Source of the DNA: Octopus bimaculoides
Taxonomy: Eukaryota
Assembly: GCF_001194135.2 (NCBI RefSeq)
Contig: NC_069006.1
Span: forward strand, 25,595,421-25,646,473
Reading direction: 5' to 3'
DNA: 51,053 nt
Made by a program: the position numbers and the translations under genes. Position 1 is the first letter of the stretch, and the number at the start of each line of letters is the position of its first letter. Below, piece after piece: positions 25,803 through 36,393 of the stretch. Under the pieces are notes generated by a model, which ran no database searches, was not told where the DNA came from, and saw only the letters and a list, made by a program, of their open reading frames with translations.

Positions 25803-26149
25803 CCCCTCTCCCCCCTCTCTCTCTTCGTCTCTTCCCGCGTGCACACATACATCCACGAAATATTTCAAAACTGTCAATATTTATCACAAGCGGAACACAG
25901 TTGTCTTCCTTGCATCCTATTCTTTATCGTTGACTCTTTAAAACTCATTACCACCCGCGCACACATGGTTGTGCGCTCACATGCCTGTCCGTCTATCCGT
26001 CTATCTGTCTCTGTGCGAAATATGTGTACATGTGTGTGTGTGAATCTTTTTATCTTTTACTTGTTTCAGCCATCGGACCGTGGCCACGCTGGGGCAGCGC
26101 TTTGAAGTCTTTCAGTCAAAGAAACCGACCTCAGTTCTTATTTTCTCTT

Positions 26150-26650
26150 TAAGAAAATGCCCTATGCGTAATATTCCATCGGATTAAGAGGCCAGATATT
26201 GGGGCTGGTGACTCTAGCATAACTAGAGTGTGTGCGTCCTGGGGTGACCCTTCAGTCTGCTGCCTCTGGGCCCCCACAATAAATACATACTGCCTACAGC
26301 AGACCCAAAAGTAGTGTTGTCTCATAAAAGTGCCACCTGGGGGTGTACCGTCCCCCCTCTCTAGCTTATGCTAGTGGCTGGTGAAGTCGTAAAAATTCTG
26401 TCAATTGTTTCTGACTCTTTCCAGAGGTTTTGGCCAGGAACTGAATCCTGCTGCCACACATATGGCTTTCCAGCAGCAACCCTCTTGAACCAGGGTTTGA
26501 GCACAGTCTAGAGCAGCTTCACGTAGCTGTTTGAATTGAGCCTAAGGTCCTGTTCAAAGATGAGGGGGGGTATAACCTCACCCTCACTGAAGGTACAGTC
26601 AAAACCCATTACAGTCTGAGGGTACTTGGTTTTCTTGATACCCGTGTCAT
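26150..26650 (-). mobile_element. Tc1/mariner transposase relic (catalytic domain fragment), interrupted by a MITE
   Basis: Minus translation KTKYPQTVMGFDCTFSEGEVIPPLIFEQDLRLNSNSYVKLL*TVLKPWFKRVAAGKPYVWQQDSVP..., and beyond the MITE TSPNIWP-LNPMEYYA*G. Stops, frameshift and deletion make it non-functional. Confidence 0.85.
26212..26376. mobile_element. 165-bp hAT-type MITE with 8-bp target-site duplication
   Basis: TIRs CTCTAGCATAACTAGAG vs (rc) CACTAGCATAAGCTAGAG; exact flanking direct repeat GCTGGTGA at 26204-26211 and 26377-26384. An 8-bp TSD is typical of hAT. Confidence 0.85.
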
Positions 26651-27164
26651 GCCTTACGGCCATTAACAATGTTCACACAGCAGCACAGATAAAAAGACAA
26701 TTTTGAACGTCGACAATAAGGGAAAATTCTATAAAGATGTTATATTTCGGGAGAGTCATTTTCTTTTTATTGCAAAAAAAAAAAAAAAAAAGGAAAAGGA
26801 AATGACCATCACCACCAAATAAAACAATATATTTCAATTGACGATTTCACATCAGGAATCTTACAAAGCAAGTTCACAAACGTCTATAAAAATACTAAGG
26901 GAGACAACTCTCTATAAAAGTTACTTCCCTTCATTTGTAGATCGTCTCTCTGCGATCCATGTACAGCAATGTGTGTGTGTGTATATATATATATAAACCT
27001 TAAAAATCATTTGAATGTGGTGCTTCAGCATAGCTGCAATCCAATGCCTGAAACTTAAATAAAAGTAACAGAATAAATACGTTTTCGTTTCTATTATTTT
27101 TTCCCTTATTTTTTTTCAGTTCTTTTTTTTAAAAAACAACTTTAAATAATTCTTTCTGCTATAG

Positions 27165-27490
27165 GAGCTAAGATCTGAAATTTTCGGGGAAAGGGACCAG
27201 TCGATTACATCAAAATCCCATTACTCAATTGGTACTTTATTTCATCGACCCCCNNNNNNNNNNNNNNNNNNNNNNNNNNNNNNNNNNNNNNNNNNNNNNN
27301 NNNNNNNNNNNNNNNNNNNNNNNNNNNNNNNNNNNNNNNNNNNNNNCCCTCCCCCCATCGAAGGATGACGATAGGCAAAATTCTCTCCCAGCCGTATTCA
27401 AACTCAGAACATAAAAGGACCAGCGGAAATACGGCAATAGACAATTTTTATCCGACGCGCTTTGAAAACAATCTGACGACCCGGTATTAA
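27165..27490 (-). mobile_element. Diverged SINE family C, head pointing away from PEX2, ~80 nt upstream of the ATG
   Basis: Body TCGACCCC/GTACTTTATT, B box (rc) GTTCTGAGTTTGAATAC; spans N-gap 27254-27346. Confidence 0.75.
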
Positions 27491-27565
27491 TTTGCACAGG
27501 ATACACGTTAACATCATTCACCGTTGTATGGTTTGTTTCTCTAAGTTTACTTTCTTTACCAATGG

Positions 27566-27604
27566 ATGATGGCAAGACCTGTCGACGCCTTAAGGATCGC
27601 CCAG
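27566..27604 (+). CDS. PEX2: PEX2 coding exon 1 (MMARPVDALRIAQ)
   Basis: ATG ATG GCA...GCC CAG then donor GTAAGA. The second ATG (27569) has the better Kozak context (A at -3, G at +4). Confidence 0.88.
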
Positions 27605-28464
27605 GTAAGACGATCTAATTACATAACACACACCTGAATGAACAACAGCTTTTAACTTCCCATGGGGTCTATTATAGCCCTGGAGCCAGACCGTGTTTAT
27701 ATTTTATCTCTCAGAAGAAGCTGGAAACATTTAATATTTTGTTGCTGGTCGTTTCTAGAAACACGCTCTGTTTATTTATCTTTAGGGAAATGGGAACAAT
27801 TTCGACCCCTTTTTTCTGTCGCAGCAGCCTCTGTTTTTTTTCCCGTCTATCGTATACCTATACGTTAGTCATTCGACATGATAAAAATAACAGCTTGATT
27901 TCCCTTCAAACCACACTTTACCCTCTTAGAACACGTTGGATGTCCTTGTGCTTGAGAGGGGGGAAAATTATAAACATTACAACTGGATGGTCACTGCTGG
28001 AATGCAATAGTTCATAGGTCTGCTCCAGTCGTTGGACATAGTAGAAATAACAGCTAATATCCCTCAAATCATACACCTACCCTCTTAGGACACATTGGAT
28101 GTTTTACTCTTGGGTGTACTTGTGCTTGAGGAGGGTAAATAATAATCAGAGTGGATGGTCACTGTTGGAATGCCATTGATCATTGGGTCTGCTTTACCAT
28201 GGACTGACTTAGGGGTTAAGCAGTTACAAATCTATTTCACTTACGTTTGGAAAGCCATGAAACTCACAACATCCCGTTTTGCTTTATTTTACCGTAACAT
28301 TCCAAGCTTTTTATTCACACAATAATTATTATTACTCCTTTCGGGATAAAACAAATACCAGTTGAGTTGTGGGGGTCGATGTAAACAAATCCCTTTCCCC
28401 CACGAAGTTCTGATCTTGTATCTACTCCCCCAAAATTTCAGGCTTTGTGCTTATAGCAGAAAGG

Positions 28465-28523
<59 letters not shown>

Positions 28524-30883
28524 CGCGTAACTTAGTGCTTCAGTATGAGGTACCGAGAGAAAAAGTACCAGGTTTTAATAAAACAAAAAAATCAAGAACA
28601 AAACATAAGTCTTGGGATCGCTTCGCTTGACTGAAACCCCTTCAAGGTGGTGGCCCCAGCATGACCGCAGTCCAATGACTGAAACAACTAAAGGTAGTTA
28701 ATTAATTATTATTTTATCAAGCTGGCAGGTTGTACCTCAAGNNNNNNNNNNNNNNNNNNNNNNNNNNNNNNNNNNNNNNNNNNNNNNNNNNNNNNNNNNN
28801 NNNNNNNNNNNNNNNNNNNNNNNNNNNNNNNNNNNNNNNNNNNNNNNNNNNNNNNNNNNNNNNNNNNNNNNNNNNNNNNNNNNNNNNNNNNNNNNNNNNN
28901 NNNNNNNNNNNNNNNNNNNNNNNNNNNNNNNNNNNNNNNNNNNNNNNNNNNNNNNNNNNNNNNNNNNNNNNNNNNNNNNNNNNNNNNNNNNNNNNNNNNN
29001 NNNNNNNNNNNNNNNNNNNNNNNNNNNNNNNNNNNNNNNNNNNNNNNNNNNNNNNNNNNNNNNNNNNNNNNNNNNNNNNNNNNNNNNNNNNNNNNNNNNN
29101 NNNNNNNNNNNNNNNNNNNNNNNNNNNNNNNNNNNNNNNNNNNNNNNNNNNNNNNNNNNNNNNNNNNNNNNNNNNNNNNNNNNNNNNNNNNNNNNNNNNN
29201 NNNNNNGTCGATGTAATCGACTTAGCCCCTTCCCTCAAAAACTGCTGGCCCTCAACCAAAATTTGAAGCCAATTTTTTTTTTTATGCATTAAATTCTAAT
29301 ATAATCATAATTTATACCATCTGTAAGATATTTGGAGAAAATTTCATTAGAAAATACCCATTTTTTCGAAAGTTATAGGGAAACAAATTTGGTGGGACAC
29401 ACTTGTGTAGGTATGCCCTTCAAGCCTTTGTTGTCGTTAACTCAGAGTTAGCAAAGTGTAAAATGGCCTGAATTTTTCACTCTAATTATTTTCTAATTTC
29501 TTTTATGAATCTTTTGATAATTCATTGTTTTGATGTCTACGATGTCTTTATAAGCATAAAAGAAACCTGAGTCTGTTTTGAACTTTCAGGCTTCCACTTG
29601 TCCTTTGTTCTAAAGTGTTCAGATAAATAAAAACTTACTGTTCCCCCCAGTCTGTCACAAGGTTAACCCCAAGTATTCATCTGACATTCATTTTCAGCTG
29701 AGTAAACTGGAATATTGTGAAATGAACTACCTTGCTCAAGGACACACTGTGCTGCTCTGTCTGGGAGATGAGCCCATGTGTTAACAACCATGAGCTTGAC
29801 ACTTTAACCGCTGGATGGTGGTGTACCTTCATCTTTAGGGGGAAAGATAAGGACAGCCTCCACTATGAGCGTTTATGTGTCTACCCAGAAATCTTAAGAC
29901 ATCAAGCAAAGTTTTAACCCTTTACTGTAGAAATCCTTGAGGCCCACTCAAAATTTCATGACCCTTAACAATGGAAAACAGTTTTTATATACCAGTCTCC
30001 ATTTTTGTTGAGGAATGTCATGTTTGGAACTATTCTTTGTTGAGAAATGTCAGGTTTATTGAAGCAGCACAACTTGCAGGAAATACCAATTCTATTTTTA
30101 GGTAGATATTTAACATCATTCCTGGAATAACTACAAAATTCCATTTCGTTTTTGGATTTGGTCTGCAAGATTCTTTATGTGAGTTCGTTTGTTGAAGCAT
30201 ATTTTGTTGTGTCTGGGGAGAGTCATTCTCTTTGCCAAACTGTTAAGTTATGGAGACATAAACACACCAACATTGGTTGTCAAGTGATGGTAGGGGGACA
30301 AACACAAACACACAAACATATATATATACACACACAGACACATATATATATACAACAGGCTTCTTTCAGTTTCCATCTACCAAATCCACTCATGAGGCTT
30401 TGGTCAGTCCGAGGCTATAGTAGAAGACACTTACTCAAGGTGCCATGCAGTGGGACTGAACCCAGAAATGCTAAAACACAAAACTCTTGGCTTTTGAGTC
30501 ACTCTGTGGCTGAGTGGTAAGCTAGGTTTCCAATCACATGGTCCCGGGTTCAGTCTTTGCCANNNNNNNNNNNNNNNNNNNNNNNNNNNNNNNNNNNNNN
30601 NNNNNNNNNNNNNNNNNNNNNNNNNNNNNNNNNNNNNNNNNNNNNNNNNNNNNNNNNNNNNNNNNNNNNNNNNNNNNNNNNNNNNNNNNNNNNNNNNNNN
30701 NNNNNNNNNNNNNNNNNNNNNNNNNNNNNNNNNNNNNNNNNNNNNNNNNNNNNNNNNNNNNNNNNNNNNNNNNNNNNNNNNNNNNNNNNNNNNNNNNNNN
30801 NNNNNNNNNNNNNNNNNNNNNNNNNNNNNNNNNNNNNNNNNNNNNNNNNNNNNNNNNNNNNNNNNNNNNNNNNNNNNNNNNNN

Positions 30884-30920
<37 letters not shown>

Positions 30921-33900
30921 ATAGGAGAAGTTGCAGCAGATGGTGAGCTGCTATGAGGCCTATCCTACTTCTGTTGATGTGGAGAAAAAGAAATAAAAAA
31001 AGCCAAACTGTCAGGACATTGATGTTGATCTATGTGTCTGTTCTGTCTCATCTGTGAGTTGTGGTCTCAAAGACAAAGCAGTGCTTTATGTAGCAGGCTG
31101 TTATGGTCAGTATTTGAAAGGTGTGACGAGACATCACCGCTATCAGAACAAGATATTGGGGCCGACCGTTTGTTATTTCACGTGGGTTTTTTTTACTGTA
31201 AATCAAAGCTTATATGGGCCCCTGCCATCTATTTGGCTATTGCCTGTGTTAATTTGAGGACCCCTAGGTTGATATGGGATAAAAAGAAAAAGGATAAAGA
31301 TCCTTCCTGTATCATATAGACTCATAGGGCTGGTCTTCCAGTTTTTGTGGTGCATATGTTCCTCCTGGACAGGACCCCAGTTCCTCTCAGGATTAATTAG
31401 TTTTGCTACTTGAGTGGATTGAAGCAACATGAAGTGAAGTGTTTTACTTAAGAATACAATGAATTGCCCAGTCTAGGAATTGAAACGACAATCTTATAAT
31501 CATGAGTCCAGCACCCTAACCACTAAGCCATGCTCTCTCTCTCTTTCTTTCTTTCTCTGTCTCTCTCTCTCTGTCTCTAGGTGCAGGAGTGGCTGTGTGG
31601 TAAGAAGCTTGCTTACCAACCACATGGTTCTGGGTTCAGTCCCACTGCGTGGCACCTTAGGCAAATGACACTAGTATCTGTATGACATTGGTATCTTCTA
31701 CAACTGCGATTTTGCTCGGCTTGATGGGTCTTCTTCTTCTCAAGGACGACATAATGCCAAAGGTCTTGGTCATGTGGGGGACAAGCACAGATGCAAAGAC
31801 ACACCCATACACACAATATGTAAAGCAGGGTTACATATTGATTTTCAATTTTGATATGACACCAGTAATTTTGTTGGGAGGGGCGTAAGTCAATGACATC
31901 GACCCCAGGGCTCAATTGGTTCTTATTTTATTGACCCCGAAAGGATAAAAAGCAAAGCCAACCCTGGCAGAATTTGGGTTAATGGTAACTAAGGTATTTT
32001 ACTTAATTCTTTGTTATATTTAAAATGAATTGAAAGAAACCGAGAGCATCTCAACAGAAATATGGTAGCAAAAGGGATGAGTATGGCTTCGTATTACCAA
32101 GTGATATGTACTTGTGAACGACAGGCTGGTGTGTTTTATAAATAGGGTAGAAAACGAGAAATAGATTCAGGGCAGATGGTTAAGCAGTCAAAAAGGAATG
32201 TAATTATAATGTTAAAATAACATGAAAGCCTACAGGTTTGCTGTAGCATCTGTTATGCCTCTCTCTTAACTCCATATTGCTGTTTTTTAACAAGTGTGTC
32301 ACCTCAATTGACAATGCTGTCGCCTGTCTTGGTGCAACGTAACCGAAAGCAAACAGTGAGTGTCGTAGCTGTTTGGGTACTGACTTAGTTTCACGAAGTG
32401 AGCAAGAGGAATTTAAATTAAAATGTTTTAAGTAATTGTAATTACATCTTCTTGGGACGATGAGAAAAGAACTAATTTGGTTAATTGTTTGGTGCAGACA
32501 TGGCCGTCTGGTTAAGGAGTTTGCTTCCCAACCAAGTTGTTTTGAGTTCAGTTTCATTGCATGGTACCTTAGGTTAGTATCTGTGGCTCTGGGTTAACCA
32601 CTGCCCTTATGAATGGATTTGACAAGAAGAAACTGAAAGAATCCTGTTCTATGTATAATATATATNNNNNNNNNNNNNNNNNNNNNNNNNNNNNNNNNNN
32701 NNNNNNNNNNNNNNNNNNNNNNNNNNNNNNNNNNNNNNNNNNNNNNNNNNNNNNNNNNNNNNNNNNNNNNNNNNNNNNNNNNNNNNNNNNNNNNNNNNNN
32801 NNNNNNNNNNNNNNNNNNNNNNNNNNNNNNNNNNNNNNNNNNNNNNNNNNNNNNNNNNNNNNNNNNNNNNNNNNNNNNNNNNNNNNNNNNNNNNNNNNNN
32901 NNNNNNNNNNNNNNNNNNNNNNNNNNNNNNNNNNNNNNNNNNNNNNNNNNNNNNNNNNNNNNNNNNNNNNNNNNNNNNNNNNNNNNNNNNNNNNNNNNNN
33001 NNNNNNNNNNNNNNNNNNNNNNNNNNNNNNNNNNNNNNNNNNNNNNNNNNNNNNNNNNNNNNNNNNNNNNNNNNNNNNNNNNNNNNNNNNNNNNNNNNNN
33101 NNNNNNNNNNNNNNNNNNNNNNNNNNNNNNNNNNNNNNNNNNNNNNNNNNNNNNNNNNNNNNNNNNNNNNNNNNNNNNNNNNNNNNNNNGTTGAGGTCGA
33201 CTTTGCCTTTCATCCTTTCGGGGTCAATAAATATGTACCTGTTGATATGGGTGGGGTGGGGGGGATGTAATCGACTTACTCCCTCCCCTCAAAAACAGCT
33301 GGCTTTGTGCCAAAGTTGGAAATCAATATTTTCTCTTCATTACACAGTCATTTTAATTCATTGAAATTTCTTTTGTTACATCCCCCCACACTTTACTGTT
33401 TGTTTTTGATGCAGTAGGCGTCCCTGGGTGTCCCTCCTCTCCCTCCTGCCTCCCATCCTTCCCCACTGCTTGCCTGTTAATGCAGTGAGTTTTTTGTCAA
33501 CAATTGTCAGTTGCTATTTTTATGACTTTTGTGTAAACGGGAATGTGTGATGTACATTCAACACATCAGGAATAAAAATATATAGAATGTCCCCCCACCA
33601 TCACCAATCTCACACACTCCTAACAAGCTATGAACTTCTTGTACAATATGGACCCTTCCAGATGTCACAGTCTATTTACTCCCAACAGGAGTTGCCACAG
33701 CAACTTATTAAAACTAGCAGCAGATTGTAATGGAAGAAGAAAGAGGAAAAATGAAAACTTCATTTCCAGGCATGGCTTTGTGGTAAGAAGTTTGCTTCCC
33801 AACCACTTGGTTCTGGGTTCAGTCCCACTGCATGGCACCTTGGGCAAGTGTCTTCTACTATAGCCTCAGGCCAGCCAAAGCCTTGTGAGTGAATTTGGTA

Positions 33901-36344
33901 GACAGAAACTGAAAGAAGCCCATCATATATATGTGTGTGTGTGTGTGTGTCTGTTTGTTCCCCCACCATTGCTTGACAACTGATGCTGGTGTGTTGACAT
34001 CCCTGTAACTTTGCGGCTCAGCAAAAGAGACCGATAGAATAAATACTAGGATTACTGTTGTATTGCATGTTCGACGTATGATATAATGTGATAATAATAA
34101 TAATGTCCTTGCAAATCGTTCTACTCAAGATACCGGTAATTATCCTTGACAATACAGCTGCCATCTCCTCTCTTTCCGCCCCCCCCCCCTCTACTCTTTA
34201 GAACCAGCTGTGGAGACTTGCGTCACTACCTCCGTGTACACCTCCATCACCATCTTACTTATTTATCCTCCTTCCATCACTCTTGCTGTGTCCCTCCCCT
34301 CCCCACCCCGTCATGTTTATTTTATCAATCTCTATTGATTAATCAATGTTATACAGTTTTTAAACATTTGATTTTCAGCTCGATGCCCGGCAACTAGACC
34401 AAGAACTCGTGTCACTTGTCCGAAATCAAATCGGCCGAATATTTGAATACAACCAGGTTTGTATATTATGTATTAGTTTAGATAATAGTGAAGGTACATG
34501 GCCCCAGTGGTTAGAGCATTGGGCTCACAATCACGAGATAGTGAGTTCAATTCCCGAACCAGGCTGTGTATTGTAAGACAACCTCCATATTAAGCTGGAC
34601 ATAAATGACAAACAAACATTCTAGCATGGAAAAAATGGAAGTGAAAGATATGGAAGTGTGTGTGTGTGTCTGTCCATGTCCAGCCCTGTCCGTGTCAGGC
34701 TGTGTCCGTGTCAGGCCGTGTCTCTGTCCAGCCGTGTCCATGTGTGGCCATGTCTGTGTTTAGCTGTGTCCAGCCATGTATGTCTTTGTCTTGACATTCT
34801 GTGCTAATTATAAACGAATGTCATCATCATACAGACCTTTTGTTTATTTGCAGTCTTCCGTGAAAACATGTCTGGCCATTCTGCTGTTTCTCTTCCAAGG
34901 ACTTTGGGAAATATTACTTTGCTTGGAAAGATGTGAGGGTTTGGCAACAGGAAGAACAGCAGGCCATAGAGAATTTACCTCAACAGATTTCATGGGAACC
35001 ATACCAAGCACTGTAAGGCAGACATTAAAAGGAATTTGCTTCCACCCACACGTCTGTTTGTATAAAATGAGGCACACCTGACAACAATTGTAAATTGGTG
35101 GAGATAAGAAATGCAGGTCAGACAGCGAATGGAATGCTGAGACATAGATCTCAGTATTTGAGCAGAGAGGTCAAAGGGCAAGCAAAGAGATATTGTATCT
35201 AAGTGGCTGCCAGATCGGGTCTAATAGGAAGGGTTAGAAATTAGGATGCCACTCAAGGTTTATTTCTATTTGCGTGTGTGTGTGTGCACGCGCACATGCA
35301 CGCGTATATATATATTTTCTTTCTTTTACTGGTTTCAGTCATTTGGCTGCGGTCATACTGGAACGCCGCCTTTAGTTGCACAAATCGACCCCAGGACTTA
35401 TTATTCATAAGCCTAGTTCTTATTCTGTCGGTCTCTTTTGCTGAACTGCTAAGTTATGGGGGACATAAGCACACCAACATCAGTTGTCAATGGGGGACAA
35501 ACATAGACACACACAAATACATACATTCTTGAGAAGAAGAACCATCAAGCCAAGCAAAATTGTGGTCATGGCAGATACTGGTGTCATGCAAATTGGCACC
35601 TGTGCCATCAGTATGTAAAAGCATCCATTACACTCTCAGAGTGTTTGGCATTAGGAAGGGCATCCGGCTGTAGAAAACCATGCCAAATCAGACTGGAGTC
35701 TGTTGCCACCTTCCATCTTACCAGCCCTGATCAAACTGTCGAACCCATACCAGCATGGACAATGGACGTTAAATGATGATGATGATGATATATATATTTA
35801 TATATATAACTTTTTGTTTGTTTCAGCCATTAGATTGCAGCCATGTAATATAGAGGGTTCTAGTTGAATGAACTCCTATATTCTATGACTTATTTTTTAA
35901 GATAAGGTGAATTTACTTCTTCATTTCTCCAGAATTACATTTCAAAACAGACTCACACACACATCGGGACCCATCCCTAGACACGAGAAAGAACGGAAGT
36001 GCAACAAAAATGTTAAATATCTTGGTCAAATGAAAGAGGAGTGGGGGAACATGACACGTGATATGAAATTAATGAAACTTGACGAAGTAAAGGGAAAAGT
36101 CAACGTAAAATATAGTCTCTTCACGGTCGGCTGGAGTGATTCTCTTCATGATATATTTACACACCTTTCGAGTGTTGGGCCCCAGGGAGGCAATGACTAA
36201 GACCTTTGGTATTATGTCATGCTTGAGAAGACCCTTCAAATCGAGCAAAATTCGAGAATGGAGTGTAAGTTAGTAAAAAAACGAATAAAATTTGCAACAA
36301 AACCTTAATTAAAACCCCTTTTGAACGTCTCTCATATATGTATG

Positions 36345-36393
<49 letters not shown>

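Noticed and set aside
31020-31257. KDKAVLYVAGCY resembling P-element/THAP9-type YVAGY motif
   Set aside because: Single short match with no supporting motifs.
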